A stretch of 64,000 nucleotides of DNA from assembly GCF_006345805.1 (NCBI RefSeq), contig NC_043009.1, positions 4,402,001 to 4,466,000 on the forward strand. The letters are read 5' to 3'. A model generated the notes under the pieces. The model had not been told where the DNA came from. It saw nothing but the letters and a program-made list of their open reading frames with translations, and made no database searches. Positions 12,351-25,155 of this stretch are shown here, in pieces. Position numbers and translations under genes: made by a program. This DNA is from Octopus sinensis (lineage: Eukaryota). The number at the start of each line of letters is the position of its first letter. The stretch's first letter is position 1.

Positions 12351-13267
12351 TACTGTGTTGGCATGATGTGATTTGCAGTGAGATTTAGCTACCATTTCTA
12401 CGATGTCGAACGATGTTATATATTACTTGCTTCTTGATTCATATTCAGAGTTTTCTAGTTTGTGAACAATAGTTTCGGTATTGGATTCACAATCTTTAAG
12501 TCGTGGTTTCAGTTCTTGTTTCGGTTCTTAGTTTCTTCGAGAAAAACAAATTGTCCGTCCCACAATGCTTCAGTCTACTCTGCAGAAAATTACTACTGAC
12601 GCAAGCTCAGCAGTGTGCGTTTCTCTTCGACCAAATGGCATCCAATTCAAAACTATATTTTGCAAGACCAAATGCTCCAGCAGAACTGAAAACGTCTGCG
12701 TTTGTTTTGAATCTGGTACAATAGCATGATAGGACACGGTACGCCCTGCAAACCCACTGCATTGCTGTCCGTCTGAGCATGAAACGTATCGCAGCTCATA
12801 TATAAATCCTGTTTATCAAATAATATTTATTTATATACAGATATACGCATACATATCACACACACTGACACACAAACATTTTTGCATGTATCCATCACTC
12901 TCTCTGTCCGTATGTATATATATATATATATAATTCCCATGGGACCTAATAGTTAATGTTCACGGCGTCCCTCGCCAGACATTATTTCGTAAGGATTAAA
13001 AAGTGAGCTTTAACCACATTAACCTTGTCCATTTATACATATATACCACAATCTGTCGAGGGGCTTCACAAAAGAAACTGCTCCTAGCAGCCCTCTTTTC
13101 CTTCTCTTCGTTGCTTTCTTCTTTCTCACTCAGAGGAGCGTATCGGCGCGTATATAAGAAAAATATGTTAAAAATACAAAAAATGATGCGATTTATAAGT
13201 TTATCGCTTCGATGAATATAACGAGCTGTAATCAAATTATATATACACGTCGAAATAATTCTAATAC

Positions 13268-13279
13268 ACATTATTATTA

Positions 13280-13327
<48 letters not shown>

Positions 13328-13328
13328 C
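13268..13328. repeat. (ATT)n microsatellite
   Basis: Near-perfect array. Confidence 0.95.
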
Positions 13329-13559
13329 GTTGTGGTTACTATTCCTTTATATTTCTAAGCAATATACCTCAGTAATATTGATAATAATATTTCTGTATAT
13401 TTTGTGATTATGTGTAGATTTATTGGATTTTATTTGTCTTCTTCTTCTTCTTCTTATTATTATTATTATTGGTATTTTCCCTTTTTTTATTATTTTTAAG
13501 TGTGGAAGAGACTTTTAATCAAATCATAAAAACGTATTGATGCGGGACATATATATATA

Positions 13560-13986
13560 TCTTGCCAAATTGGCAATAAAGTTTAATTAATTAAACAAAT
13601 AGACACACGCCCAGATATGCGTACGCTACGCGCGCACGCACACAAATACGCTCGCATATATATATTTATATGTGTGTGATAGTTTGTATATAAGTATGTA
13701 TGTAAATGTGAGCGAGTACCGATTTTATTTATTTGAGCATATTTAATTAGCAACGCTACTTTGGACTCTTCTACAACATCGTATTTCTATTATTTCACAT
13801 ATTCCTGTTAGTTCTTTTGTCTTTAGTTGCTATTTAGCAGCTTCTAAAATATGTTTTCGCATGTCTGTTTCATCGACGAGTGAAAGTCACGTGCTTTTCC
13901 GCTGCAAGATCTTCAGCCGCACGTCGTCCATTGTGTATCTTGTATGATCGCGTGTATTCGTGTACTCGCGCGCGCGTGTATATATA

Positions 13987-14037
<51 letters not shown>

Positions 14038-14310
14038 TATGTGTGTATGTGTATGCGTACGTATATATACACACATATATATATATTATATATATAGATA
14101 TATGCGTATGTGTGTATGTGTACGCGTACGTATATATATATATATATATATATGCGCATTTGTGTGTATATGTATGTGTACGTATAGGAGAGAGAGAGAG
14201 AGAGTGGGGGCATACATTATTTCGCGATTTGCACCGAGTGAAGCACGGCAGTCAGCAATTATAGCGTCGCAATTCATACGGATTAGCGCTTTCCTCCATT
14301 GGTAGATATG
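13560..14310. promoter_or_regulatory. CpG-enriched region, candidate promoter or enhancer
   Basis: CpG density is visibly higher than in the flanks (tacgcgcgcacgc, ctcgcgcgcgcg, ttcgcgatttgcaccgag); E-box gtcacgtg at ~13885. No transcript evidence. Confidence 0.3.
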
Positions 14311-15318
14311 GAAACGTGTTATTATTATTATTATTATTGGCGTTCTCTTTTTTTTATTATTTTTTCTCTCTGAAAATGAAACAGTAAACACCTGTTTAGT
14401 TTGGTTTGGACGAGCTGTAATAGATGAGTTGTTGGAGGAAAGAAAACAACAAAATAACCTGCCTTAGAGCTTTCTTGATGTGGTCCTGCTTTGTATAAAA
14501 GATTGGTCATGTAATTGAATCTGTCAAATTAACTTTAAAGGGACCAACCAGCACTCGTTGCAAACTTCTTTTTGCCGATCTTTCGCCCTTGTTTTCCATA
14601 TATTTCGTCTACATTTATTTTTCAGATTTTAATTAAATTCTTCTTTTTCGCCTCACTCGTTTTTATATATCCTACTCAGGCTCCCCCCAATCATTCACTC
14701 ACTCCCTTTCACTCCCTAAATCTCTACTCTCCCTTGTTATCTTATGCTGTCTCTATCGTCTACATAATTTTCTTTCCTTTTTTTTTGTTTTTGTTTTTCT
14801 CTTTTTCCATTTCCTTCTCCTTCTGGTGTTCATACGCTCTTCTTCCTAACGTATCCCATTTAAAGTAATGTGATATTGATATTCTACTGGGAGTAAAAAT
14901 CGATATTAGCCAAATACTGTTCACACGATATTGAACAGTATTCAAGAGATAACCATAAACTTTTGCGTCGCCTTTTCTGTATAACTAGAAACCGCCGTCC
15001 TGATATATTTACAAAACAACGTTGAAACTCTCGTTCCAAATACATGCCTCCTATTCTTATATAGTAGTTTTTGTCGTTTACGTACCTACGTATTTACATT
15101 TAAACAGTTATATTCAAGAGCATGATACGGCCTAAATAAGCTGCGGAATAAGCAACGAGGTTGAATAGCTGCTTCTATTCCAGGCTTTACGTTTAGTTCA
15201 CGATGCTGTATGAAATTAGCATCCAAGAACGCATTTGTAGCTTTCCGACTGACGATTCTGCTGACCAAAGGAGGCAAATAAATCTCACCCAATCATACAA
15301 TATTGCTGTATTGCATAG

Positions 15319-15720
15319 TCGTAGGAGGGGCTGTGTGGTAAGTAGCTTGCTTACGAACCACATGGTTCCGGGTTCAGTCCCACTGAGTGGCTCCTTGGGC
15401 AAGTGTCTTCTACTATAGCCTCGGGCCGACCAAAGCCTTGTGAGTGGATTTGATAGACGGAAACTGAAAGAAGCCCGTCGAATATATGTATATATATATG
15501 TATGTGTGTTTATACGTTTGTGTGTTTGTGTTTGTCCCCCTAACATCGCTTGACAACCGATGCTGGTGTGTTTACGTCCCCGTAACTTAGCAGTTCGGTA
15601 AAAGTGACCGATAGAATAAGTACTAAGCTTACAAAGAATAAGTCCTGGGGTCGATTTGCTCGACTAAAGACGATGCTCCAGCATGGCTACAGTCATATGA
15701 TTGAAACAAGTAGAAGAGTA
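15319..15720 (+). mobile_element. SINE family A, full length
   Basis: Complete head, internal microsatellite and tail as in the other copies. Confidence 0.92.
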
Positions 15721-15929
15721 TAATTAATCGGTAACATTGTTTAGCGTTCTCGTAGATAAACCATGTTTGATATGAATGATTGTTCTCACGAATATATTCA
15801 GAGCCGACATAGGGATTAGTAACGACAAAAACTGGATGAAAAGAATTTCAATTAAACTGCTTTATTTTCGTCTGGCCCACCTTTGGGCTGTTATATCCTT
15901 CATGGGATCGTAGGGGCAATATCAGATAT

Positions 15930-16058
15930 TCTTTTCTACTCTAAGCACAGGGCTCGAAATTTTTTGGGAGGAGGCCAGTCGATTAGATCGACCCCCGTAC
16001 GCAAATAGTACTTAATTTATCGATCCCGAAAGGATGAAAGGCAAAGTCGACCTCCGGG
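15930..16058 (-). mobile_element. SINE family B (tail type 2), 5'-truncated
   Basis: gtacttaatttatcgatcccgaaaggatgaaaggcaaagtcgacctc is the rc of the family B central block. Confidence 0.8.
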
Positions 16059-16568
16059 CAATATTACATATTGTCTCTACAATGCCTCCCAGCAGGTCTC
16101 AAAATGGCAGATTTATTCCAGAAAGAGGAAAAACAGAGAAAAAATAATCAGATTAAGGAGAAGAACCTGCAAATATATTGCTGATATTTTATTTGGTGGC
16201 GTTCGAAAATCTAAAATCTAAAACTGTACTTTGGTGAAGTTTGAACTCGGAGTGCATGCAAAACGGGAAAGATGAGCGAAGCCTTGCAGTAAGCTTGATG
16301 AAATAAAACTAAAGTAAACAGGTTCACAAGTATTTATGAAACGTAACAAATAATTTAAAATTTCTTTGTGGTTTGTAGGGGGTGGAGTTCAGTTCGTTTC
16401 GCACTACCTGCGAAACACTGACGATCAATGGAAAGCAGGAATTTGCACCGCATCTGCGAAACGATTCAGAAACCGGATTTCCTTTATTAAAGTAAGCGTA
16501 AGAAACTAAATGCATAATTGTGTCAGCTAATTGGAGAATGGGCGTCCATATCATTCTGGTATACACAC

Positions 16569-16604
<36 letters not shown>

Positions 16605-16737
16605 CTTAATCGGTGCGTGACGATAAAAGAAACACTTTTCTATATTAATACATATATTGTTTAACTGCGATGCAAAAATTATATCTGAGAGTATTCCTTA
16701 CATTGTAAACAATACGGTAGTGTTCTTGAGATCCTTT

Positions 16738-16942
16738 CTAATATAGGCACAGGGCCTGAAGTTTTGGGGGAGGGAAATAGTCGATGTAATCGACCCCAGA
16801 ATTTCACGATTACTTAATTTATCAACCCTAAAATGACGAAAGACAAAGTCGACCTCAGCGGAATTTGAACTCAGAACGTAGCGTCGGGCAAAATCCTGCT
16901 AAGCTTTTTGTCCAGCCGGCTAATGACTTTGCCAGCTCGTCA
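16738..16942 (-). mobile_element. SINE family B (tail type 2), full length, diverged
   Basis: rc head gacgagctggcaaagtcattagc...gctacgttctgagttcaaattccgc, central gtcgactttg..gataaattaagta, tail ccctccccccaaaacttcaggccctgtgcctata. Confidence 0.85.
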
Positions 16943-16950
16943 TCTTACGT

Positions 16951-17206
16951 TTTTCTTTTGCGCCCTTTTAAAGCCTAGCAAGGCTGATGGGCCCGGTTTC
17001 CCGGTTTCAATGGCGTATATGTTCCCCAGCTGGACGGGACACCAGTCCATCGCAGCGTTGCTCATTTTTGCCAGCTGAGTAGACTGGAGCAACGTGAAAT
17101 GAAGCGTTATGCTCAAGAACACAACGCGTCGCCCGTTCCAGCAATCGAAACCACAATCTTACGATCATGATGCTGACACCCTAACCACTAAGCCACGCGC
17201 CTCCAC
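16951..17206 (-). mobile_element. SINE family C: tRNA head plus V-domain-like central region
   Basis: rc: ggaggcgcgtggcttagtggttagggtg (A box), ggtttcgattgc (B box), gttgtgttcttgagcataacgcttcatttcacgttgctccagtc, then ctgcgatggactggtgtcccgtccagctgggg. The central and 3' blocks resemble V-SINE/DANA-type SINEs (from memory). Confidence 0.8.
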
Positions 17207-17712
17207 CGTCGTCTTACGTACTGTACCTTTTGGGGGGCATTTTCGTCGTCATTTCCCCGAATTAACAAGAAAACTTCATAACTCTGCCACGTGATCACGA
17301 CTGAAGATCAAAATGATCGGAATTACCAAAGATGCGTTTAATGATTTAGCAAGCAAAAAATAAGAATAATAATAATAACAGTTTTATTTCTGTAGGCAGA
17401 GGTCAGATACAAGGATATCATCTACTTACTAATTCCCTATTTGGAATATGGTTTCAGTTCATACGAGCGCAAAACGAATTGCGTGTTGAGTTTTATCGAC
17501 AATAATAGTAACAATATTTCCTATTCACTAACATCCAATGATATGTGTTGGATTGTTTCGCTGCCTAGTAACTTTGCGGTTTGACAAGAGACTAACAAAA
17601 TACGTTTCACACTTTAAAGAACAATTACTGGTATCAATCTGCTCGATTAAAAGCTTGAAGCCGGTACTACACCATCGCTGTACTGTAATGAGAGAAAAAC
17701 GAAAAGATAAAA

Positions 17713-17751
<39 letters not shown>

Positions 17752-19759
17752 TGTATGTTTGTACTTATTTATCTATATGTATGCATGTATATAAATGTAT
17801 ATAAGTATGTATACGTACTTACATATATATATATATGCGCACTCATACAACCCCGTATATATGTATGTAAAGGGAGAGAGGGAAGGATCGGCGGAGGGAG
17901 ACACTGTGCAAGTGAAAGAGAGAAAGTAGTAAAGAGAAACTGTAGCTGAAATTCGTAATAAAATCTAATATTGCAATTACTAATACTACGCCGCTCAACA
18001 ACTCCATCCATGCGTTTGTGCAAATGATCCAGATTTATCGATCTCACTAAGAAATTATTACAAGATGCCGATAGACAATTGATGTTGCACTAATGTAAAT
18101 TAGCTGGGATATTTTATAGAATTCCAAAGTGATTGCACGAAACGAAAGTAGGTCTTCCATGAATAGCTGCTTCCGAGCGCATACGTATGTTTTGTGCCTG
18201 GGAAGGTTCTTTCACACTAATGGTAATATGTGAATACATATACATAGATATACGTGTGTAGGTGTTTGTGTTTGTGTATGTGTGTGTGTGTATTTGTGTG
18301 TGTGTGTATTTATGCATTTGTGGATATGTAATATTTATTTTAATAATTCATTTATTCATACAGTCTTTTGAAATTCAGTGCAATTCTATAGAAGCGTTTT
18401 TAAATTTGAACAAATAACTGTTATTATGTTATTTTTCAAAAATCTGCATAAGCATGTATATATTTCTCTGTGTTGTTTTTAGTTTTATTATTAAAACTTT
18501 TCACCATTTGAAAAATGCCGGTTTCTAAATCAGAAAGAAGGTTCCTTCATCGGAATTTAGAAAACGTCAACCAAATAGCTGAGTATAACCGGGTGAATGT
18601 ACGTCAGTATGTACGTGTATTATATATGTTCGTGCGTTTGTACTCACACGTATGTGCGCAGGCCTACATGTCATCGCGTCCATGGATTTATATAGACTCA
18701 TTTATGTATAAGTACAAATAATATGTGTGTATGTACCTGTTGCATGCACGTCATTGATTAACACACACAGCACTGCCTGTCGTTGCCGCCATCACATATC
18801 AGGCGAACCATTTCTCTCACTTAGAAATTATTTACCTCACACCACCTCTCATACTAACCGACTTTCTATCATCTCTCTTTCGTCAAAATTCACACTTCAT
18901 TCTCTGAACATAGCATAAATGAATAGTCTAAAACCAATCAAGATATTTAGCAATACGTATGGATGATTCCATCTTTGGTGTACCGAAATCGATATTCTGA
19001 TCATTATGGAAATTTGTTTTCGTCAAATTTCGCTGTTATTAAAAGCATATAGGACTTGTTACATTTTAGCTGTTCAGGAGTCGATTTTCGTGCATTTAAA
19101 ACGAACATTTCAATTAATATCTATTTTTATAAAATATATGTTCTAGCAATTTCGTATTTTTGTGATAGTATCAACAGAGGATGAGTAATCATTCATAGTA
19201 TTTCATAGGTTCGCTGGTCTGAGGAGGAGAAAGACAAACTTTTGAACTATCCTAAATAACTGCAACAGATTAAACTCTGCTAAAGTGTCATACATACGGA
19301 CATCCGCGTTCTTGGACCTTCATGCCTAAGAATGACAATTTTTCTACTGATTTATTTGCCTCTTACACTGCTTGTCTCCTGGTCTATATAGCTTATCATT
19401 GGGACATGATGCGTGTTTAAGTTTTATGCATGGAGACGGATTCACGTGATTTCAGGTCATGCTCACACATCGTTAAGAAGCTTATTGACACATATATTAG
19501 GACCACGGCACAACTGAGTTGTGTGCATTTTACCCACAAGGTCATCTTCCGTCATTCGATCTGTAACTAGAGCTCTTCAAAGTATTACTACTCAGGGCCA
19601 GAACGGGTTTGGGCGAAGTGGTAATGAGAGGTAATTCCTTACACCTCAAAACTCCGAAACTCCGAGATACAGCCTCATAACCGGAGACGGTTTTATGTAT
19701 TTCCTAGGATAAGACTGGGTGTTGAAGTAGGACAAGAATTAAGTCTATCAACCAAAACA

Positions 19760-19797
<38 letters not shown>

Positions 19798-20401
19798 TGG
19801 CTTAATGCATCATACAATTTCGTAATGTTTGCAATCTCAACATAGTAACGGACAGTGGATACAGAGTATCTAAAATAGGTGAAAAAGCAATCACCTAAGT
19901 ACAAGGTGAAGCAGAAATAAATGTCTTGGGACAACTGGGAAATGTAGATTCATGCCCCATCTAACATTATTTTGTTATGTTTTGCGGTTATATGCTATCC
20001 ACCCAATTCTACTACACAGTACCCTGCAACAAGACAACAACAACTAATATAATTGAAACTGCAACATTAATAGTAAATGGTGTATCATCAGTGAGAATAA
20101 TATCAATAATAAATAAATATTTTGATGACGAACATGGCGGTAGCGACAACGACAATGGCGACCATATTGGCGTTGACGATGACAACGATGGTGACGTCGG
20201 CAGAAACGATGTTGACAACGGCTACAGCAACGACGATATCGAAGACTACGGGAGTGATGATGATAATGCTGTTATTGTTGGTGGTGGTGTGGTGTCGTCG
20301 TCGTGGTGGTAGCTATCCTGGTGATTTCTAAATTTTAACATATGAAAAAAAATGTACTGCGCTTAATGGAGTCTTTTATTTATTTATTTTTTTAAAATTT
20401 A

Positions 20402-20404
<3 letters not shown>

Positions 20405-20474
<70 letters not shown>

Positions 20475-20490
20475 CTCTTTCTCTCTCTTT
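20405..20490. repeat. (CT)n microsatellite
   Basis: Perfect array of more than 60 nt. Confidence 0.95.
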
Positions 20491-20741
20491 ACTTTAAATA
20501 TTCAGAAGGCTTGAAAGTAAATGTGTCATTGTTTTCTTCGTTTACTCTTATAGACGGTAGAAAATGCAAAAGAAAAAAGAAAAAGAAAAAGAAAAATAAG
20601 AAACACAAAAAAGCCGTTACGCACACAAACAAACACGTACATACACACATAAACAAGCAAAATCGCCTTTGCAAACAATAAAATACGCATAGTCATACAC
20701 TCACACACACGCATCTATATGAAGATACACACACACCACAC

Positions 20742-20810
<69 letters not shown>

Positions 20811-21646
20811 GATGTATATATATACGATCTTGTTTATCGGAAGCCAAAATATATAAACAAGTACACTTAATATAAACAAACTAACAATAAACAATGCAAA
20901 AATAAAATGAAAATAAACAAGAAGTCTACGAATGAAATTAGTCTTTTAAACACCATCTCGCTGCTTAATAAGTGATCTGTTATTTAAATTAAAATACAAT
21001 ATGAAGTACTGCAAGGCGTTGTTTTTGCTCCAGTCGTTTTCTATTCTTTTTTCTGTGCAGACATGATTTTCGTTTTTTATTTCTTTCTTAGAATAAATTT
21101 ATTTCATTGAGTTATATTTGAAATTTATTATTGATTACAGACACACGTAAGCAGTTTTTTTTTCAAGTAACACCGCTCAGTCATTCTGTCAGTTGTAAAC
21201 TCTCGTGATTAAGCCTTAATTTTAGATATTCATCTTCATTAAAGGGTTTATTATGAGATAATAAATAGACGAATAAATAAATCTATAAAAGAAAAATTAA
21301 AAGTAAAACAAAGGAACTATACATATACATATATTCAAGTTGTAGGTGTGTATAAATATATATATATATATATCTACATCTTCAACCGTTTGTTTTTGCA
21401 CCACATATACACACACACAAACAGACGAATATATATATATATAGTAAATCCAAACATGAAAAGGCAAGAAAAAACAACAACGTGAGGACGTGGAATAAGT
21501 ACAGTGTTAGTGTTATGGGACGCTCAGGAAAGGAAAGAAAAGAAAGGGGGTTTCACGCTTCGTGCGGAGCTCTCCGTCAGAAATATAGAAAAAAGTCCAA
21601 AGAAGGGAAGACGGAGAAAGAATATCGCCAACTATACACTCGCGGT

Positions 21647-21692
<46 letters not shown>

Positions 21693-21831
21693 CTTTATTT
21701 AAAAGCAGCAGAAATATAACAAAAGCTGTTACTCAGAATTTCAAATTCCCGTTCGTCAAACAGTTTTGTTAAAATTTTCCACCTTGTTTCACGTTTATGT
21801 GCTTACTCCGGTATATATATATATATATATA

Positions 21832-22040
21832 TAGTTGCCAACCAAGTGTGGCGTCCTATACTGATGTTCATAGCCCCAGGAAGACATCTCCTCCAGCTGG
21901 CTAACGACACACATTTTGTGTCCGATTTGTATTTGCGAGGGGAGGTCATCCCTAGACTTACGTGATACACACGGACTCGAGTTTCTGGGTCGTTACCCGT
22001 CCCCAGCGTGTGTAGATCGCCAGCTACTGATGAAACCTCA
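21832..22040 (+). mobile_element. Non-microsatellite, GC-richer repeat fragment, possibly a Penelope-like terminal repeat
   Basis: Starts next to an (AT)n tract and ends near cagctactgatgaa; single copy in the window, so the class is inferred only. Confidence 0.3.
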
Positions 22041-22355
22041 CTCATTCAGAATGCATGAAATTTTGATCTTTGACTGACTAAAAGATCACTCAATGAGCGA
22101 AATCCAATATTTGCTTGATTTGAAAACCGTTTTGAATATTTCACCAAATGTATATTCACACTTTATGGTGAACAAGATCATTATAGCATCAGTCTGAAAT
22201 TTATTCTCATTTTTTTTTTAACTTCAACCATTCCTTAGCTTGCCCGATCAATTGTTTTCTCCCTTTAAGTATTATTGAACAATCTTGATATCTGTTGATG
22301 ATTTTTCGCTTAGAATCTTGCATGGCGTACGTTGGCGGAACTCTGATCTCATTGT

Positions 22356-22427
<72 letters not shown>

Positions 22428-22450
22428 GTGTGTGTGGTGTGTGTGTGTGT

Positions 22451-22580
22451 CCTTTCTGTAGAGGAGCGTAGGCTCGAAACGTAAAAAGACTTTTTCTATT
22501 CCTGAGCGTTATACTAATACATCTGTTTGTTTTGTACACCACCTGTCTTCGTCTTTCGCTTTTTTCGTAAACCTCCCGAT

Positions 22581-22582
<2 letters not shown>
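22451..22582 (+). mobile_element. Short interspersed repeat (family P) with minimal hammerhead-like motif; probable Penelope-like terminal repeat
   Basis: cctttctgtagaggagcgtaggctcgaaacgtaaaaagac...gagcgttatactaatacatctgtttg...acaccacctgtcttcgtcttt; homologous to 58671-58790, 59241-59350 and 45960-46060(-); flanked by microsatellites. Confidence 0.7.
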
Positions 22583-22647
<65 letters not shown>

Positions 22648-23393
22648 TGGGTGTGTGGTGTGTGTGGTGTGTGTGGTGTGTGTGTGTGTGTGTGTGGTGT
22701 GGTGTGTATATGTATGTATGTATGTTTATATATTCGTTCAAATTTGTAATCCTATGCCTCATGCATTCTACTCTTTTTCGCCATGTCGCTCTCCTAATAT
22801 CTGCTAGAGTTAAGATACATCTGTCGACGTGTTTGATGACACCTACTGACGCAGAAACCTGTGTATATAGCTCTCCTCTTTTTTTCTAAAGTTACCCACT
22901 TTATTTCCCGCTCTATACATGTCAATTTCGGACAAACTTATATTCATGAAATTATCTGCTTTTCTCTACTGAGCCAGTCGCAGTTACCACGAGGCATTTG
23001 TTTACTCTTAAAGAAAATATAACATTAAAAAATCAAGAATCACTTTTCTTTGAGATTACCTATCTTATTCATTTGTGTTTATGTATGTGTTTGTGAGCGG
23101 GTGGGTATAGCGGCACACCTTCACTTTCTCTTGCACTCTCTTACATCCCATAAATCACATACAAGTTATGGATCGCAATTTTATGTATAGGACAAAGATT
23201 ACATTTCATTTAAAGGAACAATACGATGTCAATCCGGTGTCCAAGTACGAATCAATTATTGCTGCTCCCTTTCTTATATCTCTCTTTCTCTTTCTCTCAG
23301 TCTCTCTTTCTTTCTTTATTTCTTTCTTTCTTTCTTTCTTTCTTTCTCTGATACTTATTTAGTCTCTGTATCTGTTGCTGTATGTGTACGTAT

Positions 23394-23619
23394 TACTTTT
23401 ACTCTTTTACTTATTTCAGCCATTTGACTGTGGCCATGCTTGAGCACCGCATTTAATCGAGCAAATCGACCACATGACTTATTCTTTGTAAGCCTAGTAC
23501 ATATTCTATCGGTATCTTTTGCCGAACCGCTAGGTTACGGGGACGTAAACACATAGCATCTGTTGTCAAGCGATATTGGGGGCACAAACACAGGCACAGA
23601 CATATACACAACACGTACA

Positions 23620-23666
<47 letters not shown>

Positions 23667-23829
23667 TACGACGGGCTTCTTTCAGTTTCCATCTACCAAA
23701 TCCACTCACAAGGTTTTGGTTGGCCCGCGGCTATAGTAGAAGACACTTGCTCAAGGTGCCACGCAGTGGGTCTGCACCCGGACCCTGTGGTTGGTAAGCA
23801 ATCTGCTTACCATACACCCACTCCTACGA

Positions 23830-23830
<1 letters not shown>
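23394..23830 (-). mobile_element. SINE family A, full length
   Basis: rc of the complete family A sequence including the internal (AT)n. Confidence 0.92.
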
Positions 23831-23860
<30 letters not shown>

Positions 23861-24401
23861 CATATATGAGACATAAAGAGCATGAGATCCACACGAACCA
23901 GCAAAGCATTTCGATTGGTAAATACAAAGACATGGATAGACAACTCGATAAACACATAGACAAATGCATTTATTCTATAGATTCATCTAATTTTGCTTTT
24001 CCGATCTGCAACATGTTTCTCAGAGATTTTGTCTCCAAAACCTCTATTTTATCTTCTTTGTGTATGACATGTAACGCATTCCTATTATTCATTTTGTATA
24101 CGGATATGTATAATATGTAATGTTCGCCTAGGAAAAACAAGTAAAGGACGATTGGCTACGATGACAATCGTGACAAATCGTCGCGAAAATAGAAAGATAA
24201 GACGATAAGAAATTTACATAAGCGAAAATCTCTACATGAAATGAAAGCAACAACGAAATGTAAAATGTTTTGGGGCAAATAAAGGAAGAGACATCTGTCA
24301 ATGCAAAATAAATTGGCAATAAGAGATTCCGAAGATTTCCATGAATAAATGGTCTGGAAAATCGTATGTGCACGCGCACACACACATATATATATATGTA
24401 T

Positions 24402-24775
24402 ATTACTTGCTTCAGTCATTAGACTACGGCCATACTAGAACACTGTATTCGGGTGTTTAGTCAAACAATTTGAACACAGGGTTTATTTTTTTAAAATCTG
24501 GTACTTAGTTTAACGGTCTTTTATACCGAACTGCTATTTGCGAAGAGGTAATGAAGCCAAAACCAGTTGCCAAGCATTTGAAGGAGGGGTGGGCACCGAA
24601 GGACACATGCGACGTGCTTCTAAACAGTTTCCTTCAACCGAGTTCAAATTTATTCACAGGTCATTGGTCAGTCCGGAAATATAGTAGACTTCATTTGCCC
24701 AATATGCGGCGCAGTGGGACTGAACCTGAAACCACGTCGTAGTAAGTCGCCCTCGCGCTTCGCAACCAGACACAT
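24402..24775 (-). mobile_element. SINE family A, old highly diverged copy
   Basis: ttacttgcttcagtcattagactacggccatactagaacac tail (rc) and atttgcccaatatgcggcgcagtgggactgaacctgaaacc head (rc). Confidence 0.7.
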
Positions 24776-24794
24776 GTAACTTTTTATATCTATA

Positions 24795-25155
24795 TTCTTT
24801 TATTCTTTTATTTGATTCAGTTATTTGACTGCAGCCATGTTGGAGCACTGCCTTTTCGTCGAAGAAATCTATCCCTAGACTTATTCTTTGTAAGCCTGGT
24901 ACTTATTCTATCGGCCTTTCTGTTGAACCGCTAAGTTATGGGGACGTAAACACACCAACATCTGTTGTCAAGCGATGTGGGAACAAACACAAACACACAT
25001 AAATATATATACATATATATGACGGACTTCTTTCAGTTTTCGTCTACCAAATCCTCTCACAAGGCTTTGGTCGGACCGAGACTATGGTAGACGACACGTG
25101 CCCAAGGAGCCACGCAGTAAGGTTGAACCCGGAACCATGTGGTTGGGAAGCAAGA
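24795..25155 (-). mobile_element. SINE family A, near full length
   Basis: rc of family A from the tail to gaacccggaaccatgtggttgggaagcaag. Confidence 0.9.

Noticed and set aside
12480-12790. Unique GC-richer stretch tested as the signal-peptide exon or a transposase fragment
   Set aside because: No frame gives a hydrophobic signal peptide ending at a phase-1 donor, and no recognisable TE motif was found.
22020-22060. Canonical hammerhead core CTGATGA
   Set aside because: Not followed by a stem II and GAAA, so no ribozyme fold can be drawn; at most a truncated relic.
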